64,000 bases of DNA, from positions 71-64,070 of the forward strand of contig JAZDHJ010000059.1 in the NCBI GenBank assembly GCA_043805995.1, in the 5' to 3' direction. Below are positions 30,291-39,236 of the stretch, one piece after another. How positions within the stretch are numbered: position 1 is the stretch's first letter; every line of letters begins with the position of its first letter. The position numbers and the translations under genes were made by a program. The notes under the pieces are model-generated. The model saw only the letters and a program-made list of their open reading frames with translations. It had not been told where the DNA came from and made no database searches. The DNA is from Candidatus Uhrbacteria bacterium. Lineage in GTDB: Bacteria > Patescibacteriota > Patescibacteriia > UBA9934 > GWF2-40-263.

Positions 30291-32186
30291 TTATTGGCTA
30301 ATTGTGACTCCGGTGAATGTGCATGGATCGAGGCTAGCCACACCATTGCAACAATACCTACCAGAATTTGCACCACCACAATTTGAAGTGACATTGTCTT
30401 CTTTTGGTCCATTTGCCGGCGACATACAAATTTGCCAGGCGCTTTTAACACCGTTGGTAATCACTGGATAATAACTGTACAAATCACCGGTTCGTCCGTT
30501 ACCGTTTGAATCTTCGGTGCCGTTATCACTCTCCCAAAAAGTCGCATGGTTAATTGTCACCACAGTAAAATTATCATCAAACGAACTTGGTGTAGTTATT
30601 ACATCAGCAACAGAGCCAGGATTTTCAGCATTGGAATTTTGATACCAAAAAGCCTGAACAAAATCAGGCAACAGTCTGATATTAGTGGAATTAAGAGTTG
30701 AAGATTGCATGAGTGAATCAAAATTGATCGTTACATTCTGATTCAAAGTAACTTGTCCTTGATTAACCGTAGGGCCAACACTGAAAATTGCCGGCACATC
30801 GGTTCTGGGTTCAGCTTCAGTTGTAAAACCCCATTCGTAGTTGTCCAAACTTGACGGAGAACCTGGACCGTCAGCTATGCCATTTCTGTTTCCATCCAAA
30901 GAATTGCCAGCCGCATCAACCAAACCATTAAACAAACCTTCGTCAGTCATGGCCGCTTGAGGCGGATCAGTACTTAACGCAGCAGCCTTGGCCACGACAT
31001 CCAAATTCACATTTCTCGGCAAACAGAAAATATCATTTCCGCAGGGATCAGAACCACAAATTTCGGTTGGTACAAATTCCACAGTTCGGTAGACATTGGA
31101 GACACTATAAGTACCGGCGGTATTGTCTGTGGTGTTTTTTAAAACCTTAATGTTAGTAAACTCCGGTGGCGAGTCTGCTGGCAGAGGTGTTACACCGGTA
31201 TAAGTTCCACTGGCCGCTATTGGGTCCATAGCTTCGTTAAAAGTTATGGCCACAATAATATTTGGCGCTTCGGTTGACCTAAGGGGTGATAAATCGGCTG
31301 GCACAACCGAAACAACTTGTGGTGGGGTTAAATCAACTTCGGTTGAAACCTCGAACTGCCAGGCATAACCTTCAGAATCAAAGGCACCGGCAAAGGAACC
31401 ATTGGGTAAAACTTTTTTAATTCCGGTACCGAGAGTCACGGTATAATTCATTTCTGTTGTGTCGCTACCAAGCAAGACCGTAGGATCAAAGCTAAAAGTT
31501 TTGTGATCGGCTGTAACCGCAACTTGTACTTGACTGCCAGTCAAAGCTACTCCGTCCGCAATATCGGTTGGAGCAATGGTTACGTTGGCTGCGTTTAAAA
31601 CATTAGGGGTAGTCGCAACACCATCATCATCAACCATAATAGTATCGACTTTAATCGCCTCCTTAAAAGTCACATAAATTCTGGTGTTGCGGGGAATTTC
31701 GGTAGCGTCACGGGCTGGATAATGAGATTCAATGATGCCAGAACCGAGTGAACCAGCTAAAGGTTCATTAAAATTTTGCGCTGTAGTGGTGGAAATGCCA
31801 CCGTTTAAACCAGCGGCCTCGAGAAGATAATTTAAAACAAAAGTGGCAATGGAATAAGCCGAGAGAATTATGAGCAACCCGATGATAGTGGTTTTAATAA
31901 TATCTTTGGCTTTTTTGGTATTTTTTTCTTCGCCTTGAGAAGTGAAATAAAGCCAACCGGCATAAATTATTAAACACACCATGATGACACCCAAAACCCC
32001 AAGAACGATTCTGATAATTCGAGCCACTAAAATACCAAGCTCAATTGTAGCTAAACCCGAAGTCTCGCCAACTGTGGATAGTTCGTTAGTTACCAAATCT
32101 GCGGCAAAAGAATGAAATGGTAAAAACAACAAAAAAGCCACGGTGGCAATACCAACTGCCGTAATCAAAAGCCTATTTTTTTTCAC
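30291..32186 (-). CDS. Surface protein (631 aa) with the same pilin-like N-terminal module fused to Ig-like extracellular domains
   Basis: Signal peptide, then NELSTVGETSGLATIELGILVARIIRIVLGVLGVIMVCLIIYAGWLYFTSQGEEKNTKKAKDIIKTTIIGLLIILSAYSIATFVL, aligning with the giant protein's N-terminus; the following region (SHYPARDATEIPRNTRIYVTF...) is also paralogous to the giant's post-pilin region. Confidence 0.7.
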   Translation of the reverse strand: MKKNRLLITAVGIATVAFLLFLPFHSFAADLVTNELSTVGETSGLATIELGILVARIIRIVLGVLGVIMVCLIIYAGWLYFTSQGEEKNTKKAKDIIKTTIIGLLIILSAYSIATFVLNYLLEAAGLNGGISTTTAQNFNEPLAGSLGSGIIESHYPARDATEIPRNTRIYVTFKEAIKVDTIMVDDDGVATTPNVLNAANVTIAPTDIADGVALTGSQVQVAVTADHKTFSFDPTVLLGSDTTEMNYTVTLGTGIKKVLPNGSFAGAFDSEGYAWQFEVSTEVDLTPPQVVSVVPADLSPLRSTEAPNIIVAITFNEAMDPIAASGTYTGVTPLPADSPPEFTNIKVLKNTTDNTAGTYSVSNVYRTVEFVPTEICGSDPCGNDIFCLPRNVNLDVVAKAAALSTDPPQAAMTDEGLFNGLVDAAGNSLDGNRNGIADGPGSPSSLDNYEWGFTTEAEPRTDVPAIFSVGPTVNQGQVTLNQNVTINFDSLMQSSTLNSTNIRLLPDFVQAFWYQNSNAENPGSVADVITTPSSFDDNFTVVTINHATFWESDNGTEDSNGNGRTGDLYSYYPVITNGVKSAWQICMSPANGPKEDNVTSNCGGANSGRYCCNGVASLDPCTFTGVTISQ

Positions 32187-32280
32187 ATGCTTTGTGTTTA
32201 AGAAACCGTAATCATTTTAGCACAAAAAACAAAAAACCGCTTGGCTTTTTTCACCAAACGGTTGTGGATAATAAACCAAC

Positions 32281-32670
32281 CTAAGATACAGCTCCTAAAC
32301 GAATCAAACTAGAAGTAGCAATCAGGTAAATACAGAACATAACCACCATACCTGTTCCACCAACAAAAACCAGGTAACGACAGTGACGAACCTTATCATC
32401 AGATCCTGAGGATATAATATATTGAAGCGCTCCTTGCAAAAGGAGAAAAATGAAAAAAATGGCAAAAACCGCCGAAGCTACTCGCAAACCACGAAAAAAC
32501 AATTCCAAGGTTTGTCCGGAATTAAAAGCTTGTCCTTGAAGAAAATCAAAAAACGAACCCTTAGCCGGAGCCGATGAGTTTACCGAATTCGTCGCTGGAG
32601 TTTTCAAGATAGTAGTTGGCACTCCACTCACGGCCAAAAGCGTCGATGATTTTAAACCTGGAAAAAACAT
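32281..32670 (-). CDS. Small VirB2/TrbC-like pilin-fold protein (about 129 aa)
   Basis: Start set at MFFPGLKSST, since the upstream extension of the track ORF translates a G-rich repeat. Signal-like N-terminus, then two hydrophobic helices (VASAVFAIFFIFLLLQGAL and YLVFVGGTGMVVMFCIYLIA) around a charged loop, the same topology as the N-terminal modules of the two following genes. Confidence 0.55.
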   Translation of the reverse strand: MFFPGLKSSTLLAVSGVPTTILKTPATNSVNSSAPAKGSFFDFLQGQAFNSGQTLELFFRGLRVASAVFAIFFIFLLLQGALQYIISSGSDDKVRHCRYLVFVGGTGMVVMFCIYLIATSSLIRLGAVS

Positions 32671-32689
32671 ATAAATTTTATTTATGGTA

Positions 32690-32870
32690 GAGGGAGTAAA
32701 TTGTCTGGGGCGTTGAGGCATTAAAGCCTCGCCCGTAAACCAGCTCTGCCCATAGAGCAACACCTGAGGGGCTATGGCCGAGGGGCACTAAGGCAAGGAA
32801 AATATTTCTTAGGCAAAATCCTCCATGCCCCTAAGGCCCTTTAACGCCCCACAACGCCCCCCCCTAAACC
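32690..32870. repeat. G-rich intergenic repeat of the GCCTCGCCCGTAAAC...GGCTATGGCCGAGGGGCACTAAGG family
   Basis: Shares GCCTCGCCCGTA and GGCTATGGCCGAGGGG cores with 5800-5890, 35410-35460 and 42430-42470; its translation produces spurious N-terminal extensions on flanking ORFs. Confidence 0.5.
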
Positions 32871-33307
32871 AACACCTTTTCCAAAACCTCTTTAACTCGT
32901 CCAGCATTCGCTCGACCAGCTACGGCTGTCATTACAGCCCCCATCGCTTTCCCTGTATCTGCTTTGGCCGAAATTCCAGCTTCCAATAAAGCATCACGAA
33001 CGGTTTTTTCCAAATCTTCGTCCGGCATCTCGGCCGGCAAATAACCTTCAAGTGTTACCAATTCATTTTTATTTTTTTCCACCAAATCATTTCGACCAGC
33101 CGCTTCAAAAGAAGCCAATGCATCTTTGAGTTGTTTGATTTGAGTTCGGATAACTGCCAAGACATCTTCTTCCTTTAATTCCCGAATTAATTCAATCTCT
33201 TTATTTTTAAGCGCCGAACGCAAAAGTCGAAGGGTGGAAAGCACGGCCTCCTTTTTTTCCTTCATGGCCGCGGTGAGATCGGCGTTGATTTTTTCTAGGG
33301 TGGACAT
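32864..33307 (-). CDS. GatB/YqeY-domain protein
   Basis: 147 aa; INADLTAAMKEKKEAVLSTLRLLRSALKNKEIE is typical of the YqeY family. Confidence 0.8.
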   Translation of the reverse strand: MSTLEKINADLTAAMKEKKEAVLSTLRLLRSALKNKEIELIRELKEEDVLAVIRTQIKQLKDALASFEAAGRNDLVEKNKNELVTLEGYLPAEMPDEDLEKTVRDALLEAGISAKADTGKAMGAVMTAVAGRANAGRVKEVLEKVLV

Positions 33308-33329
33308 ATTTTTGATTGGGTTATGTAAA

Positions 33330-33600
33330 TAGGTAGAAACATAGAAATTGTAGATTGGTAGAAAACGTAGAATTTTTGTCGGTTGTTTGCTTTTGAACTC
33401 TGATTAAAATGATTTTCTGATTACAATGATTTATTTTTAATCCAATTCCAACAATCATGGCCATCACTTCCCGCCGGTGGAGGCCTTTGGCGGGATCCCG
33501 TTCGAAACTAAGAGGCGAGATAATCAGTTTAATCAGAGTTCAGCCAACCAACACAACAATCTACGCCGTCTACGACTTCGACTATTCTACTAAAACCAGT
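33330..33600. repeat. Intergenic palindromic element (TTGAACTCTGATTAAA ... TTTAATCAGAGTTCAG) containing a partial cruciform unit CCCGCCGGTGGAGGCCTTTGGCGGGATCCCG
   Basis: A 16-bp inverted repeat flanks the core; the TTTGAACTCTGATT motif is shared with the 42404-42740 element. Confidence 0.5.
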
Positions 33601-33602
33601 AT

Positions 33603-33632
33603 ACAAAAAAGCGGCTAAAGCCGCTAGTTTGT
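33603..33632 (-). terminator. Rho-independent terminator of rpsU
   Basis: Minus-strand hairpin AGCGGCTTTAGCCGCT followed by UUUUUUG. Confidence 0.6.
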
Positions 33633-33893
33633 TTATTTGCGATGTGATTTGTTTTTCTTTTCTTCTTCTTCAGTCAAACGACCAGTTTTCAGTAAGAATT
33701 CACGATGAGCAGCCGTTTCTAAACGACGAAGTGCGCTGTTTCTGAGGGAAGTTTTGTTTTTATCACGAGCGTGGAAGCGGTGCTTTTTAGCTTCGATAAG
33801 ACGGCCAGAAAGCTGAACGCGTTTGGTAAAGCGACGCAACAGAGCGTCGAAGCTTTCGCCTTTACGGCGTTTTGTTTCTAACATATCTATCAC
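33633..33893 (-). CDS. rpsU: 30S ribosomal protein S21
   Basis: KGESFDALLRRFTKRVQLSGRLIEAKKHRFH aligns with the S21 consensus (EPFDVALRRFKR...). Confidence 0.75.
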   Translation of the reverse strand: MIDMLETKRRKGESFDALLRRFTKRVQLSGRLIEAKKHRFHARDKNKTSLRNSALRRLETAAHREFLLKTGRLTEEEEKKNKSHRK

Positions 33894-33957
33894 CTTCCTT
33901 TCCTGCAGGAGCTAAATAGCCTCTGCTTAAGTTTTGACGCTGGTTATAATGCCTTTT

Positions 33958-35391
33958 TTAATGCTTGGTGTCAAGACCTTTGGCTATTTCCAGTTTCTTT
34001 TTCATAATATGGATGATTTTACTAGCGTCAACAATTTCCTGGGCGCCGGATTCCATGTCACGAACTATGATTGTGCCATCGAGAACTTCTTTTTGTCCAA
34101 GAATCAGAGTGAACAATACACCAAGCTTATTAGCTAATTCCAACTGAGTTTTTAAAGAACCTTTGCCAAAAGCCTCGCGAACACTGATACCAGACTGACG
34201 AAAATCTTCAAAAACCTTTAGACCGACCCGGCGAGCTGAATCACCTAATTGAGCAAAAAAGACATCAACTTTTTTGGCGGGTGGCTGAACCTTTAATTCT
34301 TTCAAAGCCAACACAATGCGTTCCATGCCCAAAGCCACACCACAACCCGGAGTTCCCTCGCGACCACCAAGAAGTTCGACTAAACCGTCATAACGACCGC
34401 CGCCGCCGATGGCATTCTGAGCTCTTTCGCCTTCATCGTTCACGGTCCAGATTTCAAAAACTGTACGGTTGTAATAATCGAGTCCACGCACCAAATGTGG
34501 ATCAAGGGTGTAAGGCACACCAGCTTCGTCTAAAAATTCCAAAATGCGCATGAAGTGATTTTTGGATTCTTCGTCAAGCCAATCAAGAATTTGTGGCGCG
34601 TCAACTTTCACAGCCAAACAGCCTTCGACTTTACAATCCAAAAGGCGCATAGGATTTTTTAAAAGGCGGCGTTTACAATCCTCGCAAATCTGATTTTTTT
34701 TGGTGCGATAATAAGAAGCCAATTCTGTTTTATAAGCTTGACGTGAATCTTGAGTCCCAATGGAATTCATGCGGATGTTGGTTTCCAAACCAATGGTTTT
34801 TAAAAGATTGTAAGTCATGACAATAATCTGCGCGTCGATGATAGGTTCGGAACTACCAAAAGCCTCGAAACCGATTTGATAAAACTGACGATAGCGACCA
34901 GCTTGTGGACGGTCGTATCTAAAATTTGGACCTTCGTAAAAAAGTTTAACCGGCTGAGGCAGGTTTAACATGCCGTGATTAATGTAAGCTCGAGCCGCCG
35001 AAGCCGTCATTTCCGGACGCATGACTACCTTATCACCACCCTTGTCCTCAAAACTATAAATTTCTTTTTCAACAATATCGGTCTGTTTACCAACGGTGCG
35101 AATAAACAATTCTTCCTTTTCCAAAATTGGAAAATCAATTCGGTCAAAACTGTAAGTCTCAGCCATGCTTTTGGTTGCTTCACGTAAAATATCCCAATAT
35201 ATTTGTTCGTCTGGCAAAATGTCACGAAAGCCGCGCAAAAGTTCCGGAGTTTTTCGACCCTTTGATAATGGTACGACCGGTGGTTCTGGTACCGAAATTT
35301 TCTTTTTTAATTCTTCCGGCTCTTCGATTTTATCTTCAACCTTAATCGATTTTTCTATTTTTTTCACCGGTGCTTTTATTTTATTGGGCAT
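33958..35391 (-). CDS. hisS: Histidine--tRNA ligase
   Basis: LRGFRDILPDEQIYW class-II HisRS motif; C-terminal anticodon-binding domain. Start set at MPNKIKAP, since the track ORF extends into a G-rich repeat. Confidence 0.85.
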   Translation of the reverse strand: MPNKIKAPVKKIEKSIKVEDKIEEPEELKKKISVPEPPVVPLSKGRKTPELLRGFRDILPDEQIYWDILREATKSMAETYSFDRIDFPILEKEELFIRTVGKQTDIVEKEIYSFEDKGGDKVVMRPEMTASAARAYINHGMLNLPQPVKLFYEGPNFRYDRPQAGRYRQFYQIGFEAFGSSEPIIDAQIIVMTYNLLKTIGLETNIRMNSIGTQDSRQAYKTELASYYRTKKNQICEDCKRRLLKNPMRLLDCKVEGCLAVKVDAPQILDWLDEESKNHFMRILEFLDEAGVPYTLDPHLVRGLDYYNRTVFEIWTVNDEGERAQNAIGGGGRYDGLVELLGGREGTPGCGVALGMERIVLALKELKVQPPAKKVDVFFAQLGDSARRVGLKVFEDFRQSGISVREAFGKGSLKTQLELANKLGVLFTLILGQKEVLDGTIIVRDMESGAQEIVDASKIIHIMKKKLEIAKGLDTKH

Positions 35392-35394
35392 ATT

Positions 35395-35570
35395 TTTGGC
35401 TTGGATTAAAGGGGACGGAAGGCCTCGCCTGTAGGCCAGGCTATGGCCGAAGGGGTTTAAGGGGTTGAAGAGTTTTTTAAAATTTGGTTGGAACACAGAA
35501 TATTATTCTCTATTCAAAACCGTAATAAAAATCCCCTGCAACCCCTTCGACCCCTTATTCCCCAAAAAAA
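35395..35570. repeat. G-rich MITE-like intergenic element (GGGGACGGAAGGCCTCGCCTGTAGGCCAGGCTATGGCCGAAGGGGTTTAAGGGG ... CCCCTTCGACCCCTTATTCCCC)
   Basis: Ends are approximately inverted; cores are shared with the 10170-10384 and 42404-42740 elements. Confidence 0.5.
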
Positions 35571-36194
35571 TTACAAATTGTAAGATGGAATTTCGAAAGT
35601 GCCGATTCTGTCAAAAGGTAAACCACGTACCCAGACTTTTCCGATTATATCTTCCTTTGTCAAAGCTCCCCAAACCCGCGAATCAGAACTGGCGTCGCGA
35701 TGATCACCAAGAACAAAGTATTCATCGGCTCCAAGAGTTACCTTTTTTGTTCCTGTCGTCACTGTACCTTCCGGTAAATAAACCGATTCGTCAAGCGCTA
35801 GACCGTTTGGATGTTCATCATTATAAATTGTTACTCGACCGTTTGAGACTTCGATTGTTTCGCCTGGCAAACCAATAACCCGCTTGATAAAAAATTCTGA
35901 TGGATCTTTTGGGTAACGAAAGACAATAGTTTCGCCACGAGCCGGTGCCGCAAAACGATAACTTAATTCGTCGATAATCAAATATTCACGATCGTAAAAA
36001 TTTGGTTCCATGGACGCGCCTTTGACATAAAAAGGTTGAACCAAAAAATAACGAATCGGAATAATAATGGCCGCAGAAATAACCGCGATTTGAACAAACT
36101 CCAAAATCAAAACAATCACCGTTCCGGCCGGTATGCCGAATTTACGGTGCCAAAAAGTGTCATTAGCGTGTTCTTGGCGACAAAAAAGTTTCAT
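35571..36194 (-). CDS. lepB: Signal peptidase I
   Basis: GASMEPNF (Ser box) and GDHRDASSDSRVWG (Lys/box E) motifs. Confidence 0.9.
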   Translation of the reverse strand: MKLFCRQEHANDTFWHRKFGIPAGTVIVLILEFVQIAVISAAIIIPIRYFLVQPFYVKGASMEPNFYDREYLIIDELSYRFAAPARGETIVFRYPKDPSEFFIKRVIGLPGETIEVSNGRVTIYNDEHPNGLALDESVYLPEGTVTTGTKKVTLGADEYFVLGDHRDASSDSRVWGALTKEDIIGKVWVRGLPFDRIGTFEIPSYNL

Positions 36195-36234
36195 AGTTCC
36201 TGTCTAAAATACTCCAAATAAAAAGAAAAAGCAA

Positions 36235-36431
36235 GGGGGGCGAATAACGAATTGATTATCCCGCCGACGGTGGCCTTTGACGGGATCCCGCTCCGAGTCC
36301 TACGAGGCGGGACGAATTTACGAATCTACAAATATGGATTTCCATCCATAGAGACAGGGCATTGCCCTGTCTCTACAATCGGTCATATTCGTATATTCGC
36401 AAATTCACAAAAAATTCGTTATTCGCACCCC
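36235..36431. mobile_element. MITE copy 2 (197 bp), TIRs GGGGGCGAATAACGAAT / ATTCGTTATTCGCACCCCC
   Basis: Collinear with copy 1 except for a missing nested CCTTCGC unit; internal hairpin TAGAGACAGGGCATTGCCCTGTCTCTA. Confidence 0.7.
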
Positions 36432-36510
36432 CTCCAAAAAAAGATCCCGGCAGAGATGCACGGGATAGAACGTCTTGATGTGAACCAAGAGTTTACTTGG
36501 CTCGAGTGGC

Positions 36511-36918
36511 TCAGTGACGAGGGCTGGGATCGCGCACACTGGACTGATCCCGTCTAGCCTGATCTGCCTCGTCTGCAGGATCTCCGGCCGCAACCGAGCG
36601 ACGAGACTGCCGATCTTTAGAAGGTCCGTTATGAACGCCTCTTCCGTCACTTGAAGAAGACTTAGACTTCCTCCACTGAGGCAAACTCCCGGATGGTGTG
36701 AAATCCTTTTCAGCTTGTGTTTCCGGTACTTCGACCAACCGTAACTCCCCATCCAGGGCGTGATGCGTGTCAGTCCAATGATCATCTACCAATAAAAGCC
36801 TGATCTCCTTGATGTCGGCCTCCCTGCTCGCCTTATCCCCGGGATCGGTCGCCGGATCACCAGAAATTTCACGGTCACAAATCGGACAAAAGATTACCCC
36901 TCGAACCTTGGCTGACAT
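36511..36918 (-). CDS. Hypothetical protein with N-terminal CPICDRE Zn-ribbon-like motif, in a GC-rich islet
   Basis: 135 aa ORF; local GC about 52%, versus about 43% in the flanks. Confidence 0.4.
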   Translation of the reverse strand: MSAKVRGVIFCPICDREISGDPATDPGDKASREADIKEIRLLLVDDHWTDTHHALDGELRLVEVPETQAEKDFTPSGSLPQWRKSKSSSSDGRGVHNGPSKDRQSRRSVAAGDPADEADQARRDQSSVRDPSPRH

Positions 36919-36973
36919 CTGTTTTCCCCTCCCTCTGATTTTCGAGGTTGGACTGATTGTTTGGTAGGGTCTC

Positions 36974-37327
36974 CTATGAAGACTCTCGCTCTCGTCTCTC
37001 GGCCCCTCGCTCCATTATAAAAGTCCTGAGAGCCACAAGATCCTTCATAGTAAAGGTTTGACCTGACAAAAAAACGATTCCAATGAACACTACCGCTTCC
37101 AACGGCGTTAGAAGGTCAAAGATATGATGCCATGCCTCGTGGATAGAACGAGGCAGCGTAACCAGGTTGTTTCCGTCTCGGCCGCCACGAGCCCAGGGAA
37201 GAATATGATGGATAGAAGGACTGTGCCGTTCTTGTCCATCTTTTCTTATGAGCCGTTTGGCCTTAATGGCTCGCCTTCTGGCTCGCTTCCGCTGTTTTCG
37301 TTCCTTACGAGTTGTAGTTTTCTTCAC
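36974..37327 (-). CDS. HNH-endonuclease-like protein (degenerate HNH motif) in a GC-rich islet
   Basis: HHILPWARGGRDGNNLVTLPRSIHEAWHH resembles the HNH core (HxIxPxxxGGxxxxxNLxxL...H), though the usual Cys pair is replaced; basic N-terminus. Confidence 0.5.
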   Translation of the reverse strand: MKKTTTRKERKQRKRARRRAIKAKRLIRKDGQERHSPSIHHILPWARGGRDGNNLVTLPRSIHEAWHHIFDLLTPLEAVVFIGIVFLSGQTFTMKDLVALRTFIMERGAERRERESS

Positions 37328-37383
37328 TCTTTTTCCTTCTAAAGGATCGGGTTAGAAAACGAAACACCTTACGACTTCCCACC

Positions 37384-37418
37384 TCCGACAGTTATTTTTC
37401 TAAAAAAATAACTGTCGG
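37384..37418. repeat. Perfect 14-bp inverted repeat CCGACAGTTATTTT/AAAATAACTGTCGG bounding the GC-rich islet
   Basis: Read directly; it could be a terminator or an element boundary. Confidence 0.45.
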
Positions 37419-37428
37419 AAATGACAAT

Positions 37429-37761
37429 TTATTTTTTTGGTTCAAGTTTCTCTTTTGCAGCTGCAAAAGCACTATAAATTAAAGAAGAGTCTCCGACTTC
37501 AAAAGCTCTTCTAACTGTTTCAATAAGTTCTGGACAAACGACACCAATCGCCTCTATTAAAGACGCTTTATCGCTCCTCGGATAATTTTTTATTAATGCC
37601 TTAACATCGGGTCCGGATTTCCCCATTTCATCGTCTAAGGCTTTATCAAATTCCTGTTCTAATAAAATTAATCTTTCTAAATTATTTTTTCTTTCTACGT
37701 CGAAATCCAAAAAAACTTGTCCTGTTTCGCCATCGGATTCTGAAAAGTTTTTTTGAACCAT
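37429..37761 (-). CDS. Hypothetical protein (110 aa)
   Basis: ORF only. Confidence 0.4.
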   Translation of the reverse strand: MVQKNFSESDGETGQVFLDFDVERKNNLERLILLEQEFDKALDDEMGKSGPDVKALIKNYPRSDKASLIEAIGVVCPELIETVRRAFEVGDSSLIYSAFAAAKEKLEPKK

Positions 37762-37789
37762 ATGAAATTAAAATTAAACAAATGGCCGA

Positions 37790-38010
37790 CTATGTCGCTC
37801 ACGAGCGACGGTGAATTTTATGGTCGAAGACCATGAACAGTGAGGGTAAATGAAACTGTGAGCCCCTCGATTGGCCTCGGGACATTCGACTACAGCGGTA
37901 ACAGTACAGCTGTCCGCCCTCCGTCGCTCGTGCCGAGCTATGGAGGGCATCCTTCGCAAAAAGCGAGCAAAATGATGGCCCGCCATCCGAAGCTCGCCAC
38001 GAGCGAAGGA
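37790..38010. repeat. CCTTCGC-family palindromic repeat cluster abutting the tRNA-Val 3' end
   Basis: CCGTCGCTCGTGCCGAGCTATGGAGGG and CCATCCGAAGCTCGCCACGAGCGAAGGATGG run directly into the tRNA CCA. Confidence 0.55.
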
Positions 38011-38087
38011 TGGTGGACGTTACTGGATTCGAACCAGTGACCTTTGCAATGTGAATGCAACGCTCTAACCAGCTGAGCTAAACGTCC
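38011..38087 (-). tRNA. tRNA-Val (anticodon CAC) with encoded CCA
   Basis: Reverse complement GGACGTTTAGCTCAGCTGGTTAGAGCGTTGCATTCACATTGCAAAGGTCACTGGTTCGAATCCAGTAACGTCCACCA; clean cloverleaf. Confidence 0.9.
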
Positions 38088-38223
38088 TTTATCGGAATCT
38101 GAATTTCAGAAAACAGATTAACACAGTTTGCCAAAAAAAATCAAGAAAATGGCAAAATTATCCTCTTTACTTTTTCGTTGTTTTGTGATAATTTAAGGAC
38201 ACTCCCCCGTTTAATTAATCCGA

Positions 38224-38691
38224 ATGTTTTCAACTATGGGAAAACAGTTAACCAAACAAGACCTTTTCGAAGTTATCAACAAATCCAACCAAGAATTACA
38301 CGAAGTTATAAATAGTTCCAGCCAAGACATACTCGAAGCTATCAACGACTCATTCTCCGAATTCGAAGGAAAAATTGTCACCAAATTTAATTCAATCGAC
38401 CAAAAATTCAATTCGATCGAGCAGAGATTAAATTCGATCGACCGAAGATTTGATTCAATCGAGCAAAGAATGGCTACCAAAGCTGATTTGGCCGCCATGG
38501 AAACCAGATTGGTCACCAAAAGTTATCTCGACGACAAACTTTCAACTCTTCGTGGCGACCTTTTAGAGGTTATTCAAAAGGAAGACCACAAACTTGGATC
38601 GCTGGTCAACAAACTAGCCAATCATAAAGTCTTACCTGTCAAAGAAGTTCGCGAAATTTTAGCTATGGAACCGTTTGCTAAAACTTTATAA
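38224..38691 (+). CDS. Hypothetical coiled-coil protein with short tandem peptide repeats (FNSIDQKFNSIEQRLNSIDRRFDSIEQR)
   Basis: 155 aa ORF followed by a terminator. Confidence 0.45.
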   Translation: MFSTMGKQLTKQDLFEVINKSNQELHEVINSSSQDILEAINDSFSEFEGKIVTKFNSIDQKFNSIEQRLNSIDRRFDSIEQRMATKADLAAMETRLVTKSYLDDKLSTLRGDLLEVIQKEDHKLGSLVNKLANHKVLPVKEVREILAMEPFAKTL

Positions 38692-38769
38692 TTTTTCAAT
38701 AAAACCGTCATTAATCGACGGTTTTATGTTGCAAAATTTTTCAAAAATTCATTTGAGATCTAAAAGACA

Positions 38770-38800
38770 AAAACCGACCGGATTTTTTTCGGTCGGTTTT
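38770..38800 (+). terminator. Rho-independent terminator
   Basis: AAAACCGACCG-GATTTTTTT-CGGTCGGTTTT, then T-rich sequence. Confidence 0.7.
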
Positions 38801-38830
38801 ACTTTTGTAACTGTAAATAAAAAATCTGAC

Positions 38831-39199
38831 TTATTTGATTCCAAAAAACCGGTTTAAAACTTCTGGTGTAGTACCGATGTCTTCGGGGATTAAATTACCT
38901 CTTTCCATAGCTTTAATTAAACACCTCAAATTAATTTCTGGAAAATCGTTTGCTAATATAGCTTTTAGAGCTTTTTTTGCTTCACATTTAGCTGCCTTGT
39001 CTAAAAATATTGCCACTTCCTCTTTGGAACTTCCAATATCTTCGGGACATAAACCGCTTTGTTTTAACGCTTCATTAAAAAGTTCTAAAGACCCTAAACC
39101 CAAAGCCTCATCTTTTCTAAATGCGGATAAATATTCTTCTGCTATCACTTTTAATTTTGGATCCCCTCTTCTTTGTTCAAATGATATTACCCCTGCCAT
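38831..39199 (-). CDS. Hypothetical protein (122 aa)
   Basis: ORF only. Confidence 0.4.
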   Translation of the reverse strand: MAGVISFEQRRGDPKLKVIAEEYLSAFRKDEALGLGSLELFNEALKQSGLCPEDIGSSKEEVAIFLDKAAKCEAKKALKAILANDFPEINLRCLIKAMERGNLIPEDIGTTPEVLNRFFGIK

Positions 39200-39236
39200 A
39201 ATTTTTTAGTTAATTTTTAAAACTAATTTTAGTTTA

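Noticed and set aside
30284-30291. Possibility that the 631-aa and 3502-aa ORFs are one gene split by a stop
   Set aside because: The 3502-aa ORF begins with its own complete signal peptide plus pilin-like module, paralogous to the start of the upstream gene. These are therefore two genes, not a split one.
33310-33632. Possible small RNA gene (tmRNA, RNase P or SRP) in the long non-coding gap between yqeY and rpsU
   Set aside because: No RNase P, tmRNA or SRP conserved boxes were recognisable. The content is explained by a palindromic repeat and the rpsU terminator.
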